Shown piece by piece: positions 27,716 to 36,664 of a stretch of 64,000 nucleotides of DNA. Where the stretch lies: contig CAVYZX010000004.1 of assembly GCA_963773035.1 (NCBI GenBank), positions 210,135-274,134 of the forward strand. The letters are read 5' to 3'. Source of the DNA: an uncultured Acidobacteriota bacterium. GTDB lineage: Bacteria > Acidobacteriota > Vicinamibacteria > Vicinamibacterales > CAVVIG01. A program made the translations under genes and the position numbers. The notes below the pieces were generated by a model that made no database searches, was not told the origin of the DNA, and saw only the letters and a program-made list of their open reading frames with translations. Position 1 is the first letter of the stretch; each line of letters begins with the position of its first letter.

Positions 27716-29401
27716 TTGATGCGCTCTCACGTCACTTCGTCCCGATGGCCGGCGTGGCTCGATGCGGCGACGGTCATCGGTGTCGCCGGCGCCGCTCTCC
27801 AGATCTATCAATGGGCCGGAGCGCGTCCCTTGTGGCTCGACGAAGAGATGATCGCGGTCAACCTGCGCGACCGGACGTTCGCCGAGCTCACGGGCACCTT
27901 GTGGCTTGGGCAGAGCGCGCCGCTTGGTTGGCTGTTCGTGCAGCGTGCCGTGCTGCTCACGCTGGGAACGAGCGAGCTGGCGCTGCGCCTGGTGCCGGTA
28001 CTTTTCGGAATTGCCACCGTCGCAACCGCGGTCTGGATCGGACGTCGGTGGATGCGGCCGATTGCAGCCGGCGTCTTCGTGCTTCTCTGCTCGGTGGCGC
28101 AGTGGATCTCCTTCTACTATCTCGAGCTCAAACAGTACTCGGCCGACACGTTCTGGGGCCTTCTTCTGCCAGCGCTGGCGCTTTGGGCGCTCGAACCTGA
28201 GGAGGACGGCCGCACACGTACGCGCCGGATCGTCACGTGGTGGCTGGCTGCGGCCGTCGCCCAGTGGTTTTCGAACGGCGCGCTGCTGGTCGCCCCCGCA
28301 TGCGTGCTGGTGATGATCGTGGTGCTGCTCCACCGAAACGGCTGGCGTGCGGCATCGCAGTTCGTCGTGCTCGGCGTGAGCTGGCTCGTCTCCTTCGGAC
28401 TGAATTACGCCCTGGTCCTGCGGCATAACCTGACCAACAGGTACCTCCAGGAATATTGGGCCTTCGCCATGCCGCCCGCATCCGAAGACGCTTTCGGGCG
28501 ATTGCAGTGGCTTGCGACTCAAATGGGACCGTTCGCATCCAAGCCGGGCGGCACCGAACTGTGGATGCTTTTCTGGCTGGTGGCGGCGGGCGGGATCCTG
28601 TTGACGGCCCGCTCCCGTCCTGCATTCGCCGTGCTCTTCGCGGCAGTCCCGCTTTCCGCCTTCGCGCTGGCCGGACTCCGGATCGTGCCGCTCCACGAAC
28701 GTCTGTCGTTGTGGGTGGTGCCGGCGCTCTACGTTGCGGTGGCGCTCTTCGTCGATGGCGCGGAACGACTCTGGCTGGCCGGACCCAAACGTCGAAATTG
28801 GATCTGGTCCGGCGTCGCAATGGTCTTGGGCGTCATGGCCTTCGTCCTCTGCTTCGACATCGTGAACCGGGGAAAGGACGACTTCCTGATCAGTCGCCCC
28901 CGTCAAACGAACCGCGAGGTCGACGATCGTTCGGCCGTCCGTTGGCTGATGGCGAGACGCCAGCCTGGCGATGTGTTGATGGCGCCGCGCCTGAGCCTAC
29001 CGGCTCTCTGGTGGTACGGCGGTGTGCCGATTTCGGATCCCGGAGCGGGGACACGCCAGCAGGACGGCACTCCGGTGATCAAGGTCGAACACAGCTACCC
29101 CGGGCCCAGGTGCGAATTGAATGAGATTCGCGAGGTGATTCGGAACCATCCGCGCGTCGCGCTATACCTCGGCTTCCGCTACGACGAGTGGCCCAAGGGG
29201 TTCGACGAGTGGCTGTTCGAGACGCTCACCGAACTCGGAACGATCACAGCGGACAAGGGCTTTTCGGAGGCCAGTCGCGCCACGATCGTCGACTTTCGCA
29301 TGCCCGGTAAGGTCGTGGAGTTTGCGCGCCCCGATCCCGCATACGGGCAGCCCTCCCGTCCGAACGGCTGCCTGATCGCAAGTCTCTCGCAGCGCTGGTA
29401 G
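27716..29401 (+). CDS. GT39/ArnT-like membrane glycosyltransferase family protein
   Basis: N-terminal RPLWLDEE ... SELALRLVPVLFG pattern, about ten transmembrane helices, and a soluble C-terminal domain. Confidence 0.65.
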   Translation: MMRSHVTSSRWPAWLDAATVIGVAGAALQIYQWAGARPLWLDEEMIAVNLRDRTFAELTGTLWLGQSAPLGWLFVQRAVLLTLGTSELALRLVPVLFGIATVATAVWIGRRWMRPIAAGVFVLLCSVAQWISFYYLELKQYSADTFWGLLLPALALWALEPEEDGRTRTRRIVTWWLAAAVAQWFSNGALLVAPACVLVMIVVLLHRNGWRAASQFVVLGVSWLVSFGLNYALVLRHNLTNRYLQEYWAFAMPPASEDAFGRLQWLATQMGPFASKPGGTELWMLFWLVAAGGILLTARSRPAFAVLFAAVPLSAFALAGLRIVPLHERLSLWVVPALYVAVALFVDGAERLWLAGPKRRNWIWSGVAMVLGVMAFVLCFDIVNRGKDDFLISRPRQTNREVDDRSAVRWLMARRQPGDVLMAPRLSLPALWWYGGVPISDPGAGTRQQDGTPVIKVEHSYPGPRCELNEIREVIRNHPRVALYLGFRYDEWPKGFDEWLFETLTELGTITADKGFSEASRATIVDFRMPGKVVEFARPDPAYGQPSRPNGCLIASLSQRW

Positions 29402-29417
29402 GTTTCTCTACGTACAG

Positions 29418-30218
29418 CTAACCCTTGGCGAGCAGCGTGCCGAAGCCTGGCGCCTTGCCGCTGTGCCCGACCAATCGCACAGCGTCCCATAGTCCATGCG
29501 GATTGCTCGATACGACCGGCAGCTTGCAGCGCTCCTCGAAGGGCACCAGGATGTCGATCGTTCGCAGGGCGCCGCACGAAATCACCATCGCGTCGGCCTG
29601 CGGCACAGTTTCGCGGACACTCACGGCCAGCTTCAGCACGTCGTCTTGGGTGACGGGCGGACGGTCTTCGAATCGCTCGATGTCCAGGCCTCTGATTGCC
29701 AGTACCTCGAAGCCGGACTCCTCGAGGAAGATCTTGAGGCGTCGATCGACCTCTTGCGTGTACGCGGTGGCGACGCCGACACGGCGCGCACCGAAGACGC
29801 GAAGGCCGTTTACAAGCGCCATGCTTTGCGTGGTCGCCGGAACACCGGTCGCCTTCTTGACGCTTTCAATCAGATCGTGGTTGAACGCCGCGCCTTTGTA
29901 GAAAGTCAGCGACGAGCCGTTCACCGAGATGGCTTCGGCGCCCGCCTTGGCCAATTTGGTCGCTGCCGGAATCACGCGATCCATCACTCGATCGTATTCG
30001 GCCGTCGTCATGCGCTCGAGTCCAACGCCTTCCGACAGGAACCGGATGCTGGGATACAACTGTTGGGCCTCGGGAGGAACCGGGTAGTTCGCTGGCGGAA
30101 AAATGAGCCCGACGACCTTGTCTGCGGCAACGAGTCGTGCCGGAACGCTTACGGTTGCCAGCGTAACGCCGGCAATGCCGCCTTTCAGAAACTCACGCCG
30201 GGAGGTATTGGTGCGCAT
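29418..30218 (-). CDS. Asp/Glu racemase superfamily protein (maleate isomerase/arylmalonate decarboxylase-like) with Tat signal
   Basis: SRREFLK twin-arginine consensus. Two-domain pattern with conserved regions NGSSLTF and ISCGALRT. Confidence 0.8.
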   Translation of the reverse strand: MRTNTSRREFLKGGIAGVTLATVSVPARLVAADKVVGLIFPPANYPVPPEAQQLYPSIRFLSEGVGLERMTTAEYDRVMDRVIPAATKLAKAGAEAISVNGSSLTFYKGAAFNHDLIESVKKATGVPATTQSMALVNGLRVFGARRVGVATAYTQEVDRRLKIFLEESGFEVLAIRGLDIERFEDRPPVTQDDVLKLAVSVRETVPQADAMVISCGALRTIDILVPFEERCKLPVVSSNPHGLWDAVRLVGHSGKAPGFGTLLAKG

Positions 30219-30240
30219 ATAGTTCCGTCGATCTCCTCAT

Positions 30241-30320
30241 CTTCCGGCTAAAGCCGGAAGCTACATCGTGGCCAATTGCAGCACTGGTGGCCGACTGTGG
30301 CTTCCGCCTTCAGGCGGAAG
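30241..30320. repeat. pair of related 8-bp-stem hairpins
   Basis: cttccggc-taaa-gccggaag (30241-30260) and cttccgcc-ttca-ggcggaag (30301-30320), downstream of the PQQ gene stop. Confidence 0.6.
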
Positions 30321-30328
30321 CACCACCG

Positions 30329-32215
30329 CTATTTCCCATCCACCGAGAACGCCAGCAGCACGTTGCCTGGCACACCGCCACCGGTATGGTACCCCGAGTT
30401 GAAGAAGATCATCCCACCGCCAATCGCGGGACCGGGTCCGTCCAACGAGCCGCCTCGCCCGGCGACTCCATTAACGGTCTCGTATGTCTTGATCGTGTCG
30501 TAGTCCCACACTACCGATCCGTCCGTCGTCGAATAGGCTCGCATGTGGCCGTCGACCGAGCCTGAAAAGGCAATGCCGGGAAGCGCGCTGACCGCGGCCG
30601 ACTGGGCCGGGCTGCATCGCTTCCTCTCGCCGCATCCGGCCGGCGGTGTGTACCAGACCTTCTCGCCGTCTTCCAACCTCAGCGCGAACATTCCACCGCC
30701 ACGCTTCGGATCGGCATCTGTGAACTGGTTGTAGGTGAGCATGATCCGGCCGATGTCCGACACGGCTACGTACACATTGGATTCGTCGGCTGCTGATCCC
30801 CACTGCACGCCGCCCATGGTTCCACCCAGGCCCACCCGCACCTGCCAAATCGTTGCACCTTGGCGATCGGGATCAACCGCATGCACGATACCGGACTTCT
30901 GGCCGGCAACCAGCGCGCGACGGCCGTTCGACAGGGTGACGAGGATCGGCGAGGCGCTGAAATCGTGGTCGGGACCGTTCGATTCAGCGCAGTTGGTCTT
31001 GTCGGGCAGCCGGCACGCCGACGTGTACGCGTCTTTCGTCGTCATCTGCCGGGACCACAAGATCTTCCCGCTCTTCAGATCCAGCGCCAGGAACGAATCG
31101 CTCATCTTGCTGGGCGGGTCGCTGTAGTTGTTGCCGGTCGTCACGTAAAGCGCGTTGCGCTTCTCGTCGATGGCAGGACTGCTCCATACGGGTGCACCCG
31201 ATGGCCCCCACAATTGGACGCCGACCCTGTTTTTCTGTGTCGGAATCGCTTCTTCCGGAATGGTGTAGCTCTTCCACACCACCTTCCCCGTTTCGGCGTT
31301 CAGGGCGACGACGCTGCCACGGAAGCGGCAGCACTCATAGGTGGGCAACGCGCCGGATCCTTCTTCGGCCGATGCGACGGGCACGTAGAGGCGGCCGCGA
31401 TGAAGGGTTGGTGACCCGGTGATGCGTGCGACCGGGAAATTCTCGACCTTCGTCTTCCACAGAAGCTTACCTGTCGCCGCATCCAGTGCGTAGGCGTTCG
31501 ACGCACCGTCTCCGAAGAACGCCGCCCATCGCGGGCCTGTTCGCATGTCGAGTCGACCGATGCTGATCGCGGCTCGCATCGGAGCGCCCGTCTCGAAAAA
31601 CCAGTGGACACAGCCAGTCGACGCGTCCAGCGAGTAAACGCCTCCACCAGCGCTCCCAACGAAGACGCGGCCACCGGCAATCGTCGACTGGGCGTTGGAC
31701 TGGAGATCGCCGGGAAACGCGAATGCCCATTTGAGCTGCAAGCGCGGCACGTCAGCGGCCGTCAGGCCGGCCATCGGCGCTTCCTGAAAACGCGCATTCG
31801 ACGTCGTCACACCCCATCCGTTCCAACGCGCGCCAGACTCAGGGTTGAACTCAGGAGAGGGGCCCATGCACATCACCTGCGGCGGCGGCTTCAGGTCGAA
31901 CGCGTTCGCGAACGTCTTTCCCGTCACGAACTCGGCGATCGCCCGGCGTTCGGCCACCGAGCGGCCGGTCGCCATCGAGATCATCGGGCCCGTTTCCATC
32001 GCGGCGAGCACGCGCGTGGGCAACATCGTCTTGAGTGTTTCGCGATCGGGCGCGCGGGCTGCGCCGTTGTCGTGGCACGCTGCGCAGTGGGTCTGATAAA
32101 GAGCGCCGCCGTCGGGTGCGGCACTCTGGGCAGTCGCTCGACCGGACGAAATCCACAGGAACACTAAACACGCAGCGAGAGTCAGCGGCAGCTTCATTTT
32201 GGCCGAGGGTAACAT
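30329..32215 (-). CDS. cytochrome c - PQQ beta-propeller fusion dehydrogenase (PVA-dehydrogenase-like)
   Basis: An N-terminal CAACHD heme-c motif follows a signal peptide, followed by a long beta-propeller-like region. The ATG at 32215 is preceded by GAGGTG. Confidence 0.8.
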   Translation of the reverse strand: MLPSAKMKLPLTLAACLVFLWISSGRATAQSAAPDGGALYQTHCAACHDNGAARAPDRETLKTMLPTRVLAAMETGPMISMATGRSVAERRAIAEFVTGKTFANAFDLKPPPQVMCMGPSPEFNPESGARWNGWGVTTSNARFQEAPMAGLTAADVPRLQLKWAFAFPGDLQSNAQSTIAGGRVFVGSAGGGVYSLDASTGCVHWFFETGAPMRAAISIGRLDMRTGPRWAAFFGDGASNAYALDAATGKLLWKTKVENFPVARITGSPTLHRGRLYVPVASAEEGSGALPTYECCRFRGSVVALNAETGKVVWKSYTIPEEAIPTQKNRVGVQLWGPSGAPVWSSPAIDEKRNALYVTTGNNYSDPPSKMSDSFLALDLKSGKILWSRQMTTKDAYTSACRLPDKTNCAESNGPDHDFSASPILVTLSNGRRALVAGQKSGIVHAVDPDRQGATIWQVRVGLGGTMGGVQWGSAADESNVYVAVSDIGRIMLTYNQFTDADPKRGGGMFALRLEDGEKVWYTPPAGCGERKRCSPAQSAAVSALPGIAFSGSVDGHMRAYSTTDGSVVWDYDTIKTYETVNGVAGRGGSLDGPGPAIGGGMIFFNSGYHTGGGVPGNVLLAFSVDGK

Positions 32216-32248
32216 AGTCACCTCGCAGCTTCCAGCCACCAACCCCGG

Positions 32249-32305
32249 CTCTCAGCCCTCAGCTCTCAGCCCTCAGCCCTCAGCCCTGAGCCCTGAGCCC
32301 TGAGC
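32249..32305. repeat. heptamer tandem repeat (CTCAGCC x5 then CTGAGCC x3)
   Basis: Read directly in the divergent intergenic region between the PQQ gene and the atoE-like gene. Confidence 0.8.
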
Positions 32306-32320
32306 TATCATTCCGGTCGC

Positions 32321-33721
32321 ATGCTGCAGCAGGAGAGATCGACCGATTCGTGGCTGGCGCGGACCGGCCTGCGCCTGTCCGAGTGGTTCGAACGCTGGTT
32401 CCCCGACGCCTTCGCGCTCGCGCTCGTCGCCGTAGGGATCGTGTTCCTGGGCTGCCTGGCGATGGGCAGCTCGCCCGTGCAGACCGCGCAGTGGTTCGGC
32501 GCCGGGTTCTGGGATCTGGTCGCCTTCACCATGCAGATGGCGATGATCATCATCACCGGTTACGCCGTCGCGACGTCGACCCCGGTCTATCGAATCATCT
32601 GCCGCCTTTCCGAAGTTCCCAAAGACGGCAAGAGCGCGGCCGCGTTCGTTGCCCTCTTTTCCATGCTCTCGTCGTTGATCTCGTGGAGCTTCAGCCTGAT
32701 TTTCAGTGCGCTGCTCGCACGAGAGGTGACGCATCGTGTTCGCGGCGCCGACTATCGTGCACTTGGCGCGGCCGCTTATCTCGGCCTCGGCAGCATCTGG
32801 GCGCTCGGGCTGTCCTCGTCCGCCGCGCTGATCATGGCGGCGCCCGCTTCCCTGCCGCAGTCCATTCAGCAAATCAGCGGCATCATTCCTCTTGGACAGA
32901 CGCTCGGCCTCTGGCAGAGCCTGCTGATGGCGCTGATCCTCGGCATCGTGTCGTACGCGATCTGCTACTACTCGGCGCCGGAGCCATCGCAGGCGCGAGG
33001 CATGAAGGAGATGGGCGTCGAGCACTCGACGACTCGGCCCGACATCGGCCGGCCCGAGAACCCGGGTGAGTGGCTCGAATACAGCCCGCTGCTAACGATC
33101 TTTCTGTCGGCGTGCGGAATCGTCTATCTGGTCCGCGAAGTTGCCGAGAAGGGCGTTCCGATCATTCTCGACCTCAATCACTACGTCTTCCTGTTCCTGA
33201 TCGCCGGTCTGCTCCTGCATTGGCGGCCCCGGTCCTTCATGCGCGCGGTTTCGGCCGGGGTTCCATCCGTGGCAGGCGTCCTCGTGCAGTACCCGCTCTA
33301 TGCCGGGATCGTGAAGATGATGACCGAGTCCGGGCTGGCCAAAGAACTGGCGGAGTTCTTCGTGGCGATCTCCAACCAGCACACCTACCCCCTGCTGGTC
33401 GGCATCTATTCGGCCGTCCTCGGTCTATTCATTCCGTCGGCGGGAGGCAAATGGCTGGTCGAAGCGCCGTACTTGTTGGATGCGGCGAAGTCGCTGCAAG
33501 TCCATCTCGGCTGGGTGGTGCAGACCTATAATGCGACCGAGGCACTGGCCAATCTCATTCATCCGTTCTGGATGTTGCCGCTTCTCGGTATTCTGGGTCT
33601 CAAAGCCAGAGACATCGTCGGCTACTCGACGTTGCAGTTCGTCGTGCACGTGCCGGTCGTGCTGTTCCTGGTGTGGATTCTGAACTATACGCTCACCTAC
33701 ACACCGCCTGTCATTCCCTGA
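32321..33721 (+). CDS. atoE: short-chain fatty acid transporter (AtoE family)
   Basis: 466 aa. N-terminal LSEWFERWFPDAFALALV and the overall multi-helix pattern match AtoE-type transporters. Confidence 0.8.
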   Translation: MLQQERSTDSWLARTGLRLSEWFERWFPDAFALALVAVGIVFLGCLAMGSSPVQTAQWFGAGFWDLVAFTMQMAMIIITGYAVATSTPVYRIICRLSEVPKDGKSAAAFVALFSMLSSLISWSFSLIFSALLAREVTHRVRGADYRALGAAAYLGLGSIWALGLSSSAALIMAAPASLPQSIQQISGIIPLGQTLGLWQSLLMALILGIVSYAICYYSAPEPSQARGMKEMGVEHSTTRPDIGRPENPGEWLEYSPLLTIFLSACGIVYLVREVAEKGVPIILDLNHYVFLFLIAGLLLHWRPRSFMRAVSAGVPSVAGVLVQYPLYAGIVKMMTESGLAKELAEFFVAISNQHTYPLLVGIYSAVLGLFIPSAGGKWLVEAPYLLDAAKSLQVHLGWVVQTYNATEALANLIHPFWMLPLLGILGLKARDIVGYSTLQFVVHVPVVLFLVWILNYTLTYTPPVIP

Positions 33722-33795
33722 GCACCGATCAGATGTCAGCGTGCTCGACCACGGCGCGGCCACTCGGCTTGACGCTAGGCGCACCGCTTCGAGGC

Positions 33796-34737
33796 CTACT
33801 GGACGCAGGCGGCCGTTCCGCTGTCTTGAAATTGCTCGCCCGCGCCGGGTACGAATTCCCATGAATAGTCGACGGTGCCGAGTGTCAGCTTGAGGACACC
33901 GTAGGATCGGTTGCTGCGAACCTCGCTGTTCGGGCGAATTTGCTTGAAGTTGTACAAACCGCCGCCGCCGGTACCCACGACAAATTCTCTGATCCCTTTC
34001 TCGGGATCGGCCTGGCCCTTCGGATTCTGCGGCGCGAACCGTTCGTAGATGTGGTCGTGCCCGTTGATCACGACGTCGGCGCCGAACTCGTAGAGCACAC
34101 GCCAGACCTCCAGCATGCGCGTCGTGATCTGCGTCTCGCTACCGTGAGGCCCGGAGCTGAACACCGGACTGTGCCAGTAGGCGAGCGTACAGGCGGTACG
34201 GTTCTCACTGAGATCTTTGCGAAGCCACTCGACTTGTGGTGAACGGCGGTCGGCATCGATGACGCTGTTCAGTGAAATGATGTGCCAGTCGCCGAGCTTG
34301 TAGCTGTAGTACCCCAGGCGCTCGGGACCGGCAGCGCCCGCGAAGTAATCGAAGTAGGGTCGCGCGCGATCTGTTAGGTAATCGTGGTTGCCTGGCGCCG
34401 GCCGCGTCCGCGCCTTGTGGCGGCCCCAGCTTGGCTCGTAGCAGTCCTGAAGCTGCTTCCCCGTTCCTGAGGGATACGCGTGATCGCCGACGGTGAACAC
34501 GGTTCCTGGAATCCGATCGAGCACACGCGCCGTCGCCATAGCTCCGGAGCCCGCGGTGATATCGCAGTTTGCGATATCACCTGCGCCGACGAGAACGACC
34601 GGCACCTGATCCTGTTCCGCACCCGAGCCGACCGCCGTCACAGGGGTTCGCGACGACGGCCCTGACATCGCGCTCCAGGGCAAAGCGACACCTGTCAAGG
34701 TGCACACCACGATGCGCGCAACCATGTCGTTCTTCAA
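33796..34737 (-). CDS. secreted metallophosphoesterase
   Basis: Motifs GDIANCD, VGDHAYP, GNHDY and GHDHIYER, plus a signal peptide. Confidence 0.85.
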   Translation of the reverse strand: MKNDMVARIVVCTLTGVALPWSAMSGPSSRTPVTAVGSGAEQDQVPVVLVGAGDIANCDITAGSGAMATARVLDRIPGTVFTVGDHAYPSGTGKQLQDCYEPSWGRHKARTRPAPGNHDYLTDRARPYFDYFAGAAGPERLGYYSYKLGDWHIISLNSVIDADRRSPQVEWLRKDLSENRTACTLAYWHSPVFSSGPHGSETQITTRMLEVWRVLYEFGADVVINGHDHIYERFAPQNPKGQADPEKGIREFVVGTGGGGLYNFKQIRPNSEVRSNRSYGVLKLTLGTVDYSWEFVPGAGEQFQDSGTAACVQ

Positions 34738-34850
34738 AGGTCCTCCTCGACAACAGATAGAGTCCTGAACGCACCTTCTGGCGCTGGATGCCCCACACCG
34801 GGCTTGGCTCGAGCCGCACGATCGACCGTCTTATCGGCCATTAACCACAA

Positions 34851-35270
34851 TTACCAAGGTCGTTCAGAAACGTTGGTCACGTGGTCGCGATCGGGCGGGG
34901 TGATGCAGACTCCGATGCACAAGTACGGAACCGTGGGATGGGGATTGTGACCTCGATGGAACTTGCCGATCGGCTCGGAGTACACGTCGCCGGCCTTGGC
35001 CTTCACCAGAACACCTTCCTCGAACTCGGCCTCGAAGATGCCCTGCAGCGCGATGAAGAACGTCGCACCGTTGTGGCAATGCCAGTTGGTGTATCCGCCT
35101 GGCGCGATTTCTGCGTTATAGATCTGAACCTTCGCTTGCGGATCCTTCGGCAGGGATGCATAGAGCCGGTCGAAGAGCACGTTTCGAAAGAGCTCCTGGC
35201 CTGGCCTCGTGTAGCCACTGAGCTTGAGCGTGAGTGATTCGACCGATTCGTGAGTTTCCACGCTTCTCAC
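34851..35270 (-). CDS. cupin domain protein
   Basis: The region GGYTNWHCHNGATFFIALQG ... GKFHRGHN matches cupin motifs. Confidence 0.8.
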   Translation of the reverse strand: MRSVETHESVESLTLKLSGYTRPGQELFRNVLFDRLYASLPKDPQAKVQIYNAEIAPGGYTNWHCHNGATFFIALQGIFEAEFEEGVLVKAKAGDVYSEPIGKFHRGHNPHPTVPYLCIGVCITPPDRDHVTNVSERPW

Positions 35271-35325
35271 CTCTTAACCACGAAGACACGAAGATCACGA
35301 TGAAAGCGGCGAGATCCTTGACGCG

Positions 35326-36555
35326 TCACCCGAGGTGTTTGTCGGCCTGTCGAATCGCCTCGACGACGTCGTGCAGGAACGCGGCGCCCCGGGCGCCGTC
35401 GAGAACCCGATGGTCGCAGGACAGCGTCAGCGTGAGCATCGGGCGGATCCCGACCGGGATCAGCGCGCCCGGCATCGGCACAACGCGGTCGGTCATGGCA
35501 CCGACGGCCAGAATTCCAGCCTGGGGCGGCACGATGATCGCCGTGAACTGATCGACGTGGTACATCCCGAGATTGCTGATCGTGAACGTGGCACCCGTGA
35601 TGTCGGCCGGTGTCAGCTTCCCCGCCCGCGCCCGCTCGGTGAGATCGCGCCGCTGGACGGCAATGTCGGCCAGCTCGCCGGTGTCGGCCTTGTTGATCAC
35701 GCCGACGACGACGCCATCCTCCACGGCCATGGCGAGTCCGACCTTCACTTCCGGGTTGGTTTTGATCCGATCGCCAACCCAGCTTGCGTTCATGCGCGGG
35801 TGCTGCATCAGCACGCGCGCCACGAGCGCCGCCAGGAGGTCGGTATAGGTGAGCTTCACCCCGCGGCTTCGCTCGATGGGCGCGCCAAGTTTTTCGCGCA
35901 CCGCGACAAGGGCGCTGCCGTCCACCTCTCGGGTCACGAAGAAATGCGGAACCGTCGTCCAGCTCTGCGTCGTTCGTTCGGCCATCAGCCGGCCGATCGA
36001 GCTCAGGGTCTCGCTCGGTGCCGATCGACTGACGCCTTCGCGCTCCGAGGGAACCGGAGCAGGCGCCGCGCTTTTCGATTTCGCCGCTGCGAGCACGTCT
36101 TCGGCGACGATCTCGCCGCCGGGGCCCGAACCACGGAGCTTGCTGACATCCACCCTATGCTCTTTGGCGAGTCGCCGCGCTTTCGGTGAGACTTGAACCG
36201 GACCTGCGGCAGCGGCAGCCGGTGCGACCTGTGCTGGCGTGGCAGACTGTGCCGCGGGACTGCTCTCCATCTTCCGTCCCGTCTGCGCCTGCGCTGTCGC
36301 GGCTGGCGGCTTCTCGCCCGGCTGAAGCAGCCACGCGATCGTCTGCCCGACGGGCACGACGTCGCCGGTGTTCGCCGTTACGCCGCCAAGGATGCCTTCC
36401 ACCTGCGCTTCGACTTCGACGACCGCCTTGTCGGTCTCGACCTCCATGAGGGTCTCGCCCTTGGCGACGCGATCCCCTTCCTTCTTACGCCAGGACACCA
36501 GCTTTCCAGTTTCCTGGGCCATCTCGAGCGCGGGCATCACGACGCTAACTGCCAT
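35326..36555 (-). CDS. dihydrolipoamide acyltransferase (E2 component)
   Basis: Lipoyl motif VETDKAVVEVEA, a peripheral subunit-binding domain, and the catalytic motif SCDHRVLDGA. Confidence 0.95.
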   Translation of the reverse strand: MAVSVVMPALEMAQETGKLVSWRKKEGDRVAKGETLMEVETDKAVVEVEAQVEGILGGVTANTGDVVPVGQTIAWLLQPGEKPPAATAQAQTGRKMESSPAAQSATPAQVAPAAAAAGPVQVSPKARRLAKEHRVDVSKLRGSGPGGEIVAEDVLAAAKSKSAAPAPVPSEREGVSRSAPSETLSSIGRLMAERTTQSWTTVPHFFVTREVDGSALVAVREKLGAPIERSRGVKLTYTDLLAALVARVLMQHPRMNASWVGDRIKTNPEVKVGLAMAVEDGVVVGVINKADTGELADIAVQRRDLTERARAGKLTPADITGATFTISNLGMYHVDQFTAIIVPPQAGILAVGAMTDRVVPMPGALIPVGIRPMLTLTLSCDHRVLDGARGAAFLHDVVEAIRQADKHLG

Positions 36556-36580
36556 AGGTGTGTATTAGTGATCAAGTAGT

Positions 36581-36650
36581 GCTGAGGGCTCAGGGCGAAG
36601 GTAAAGGGCCAAGCGCACTTGAACTTAGCCTTCAGCCCTAAGCCCTCAGC
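36581..36650. repeat. intercistronic hairpin built from heptamer-like units
   Basis: gctgagggctcagggcgaagg pairs with ccttcagccctaagccctcagc (one mismatch and one bulge by eye). The loop is about 27 nt. Confidence 0.7.
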
Positions 36651-36664
36651 TCTATGTTTGTCAG

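Noticed and set aside
26309-28906. Several large alternative-frame ORFs (26309-26980 minus, 26716-28200 plus, 27632-28906 minus)
   Set aside because: They overlap the amidohydrolase and GT39-like genes, which have clear family motifs. Their composition is Arg/Gly/Pro-rich and typical of off-frame translation.
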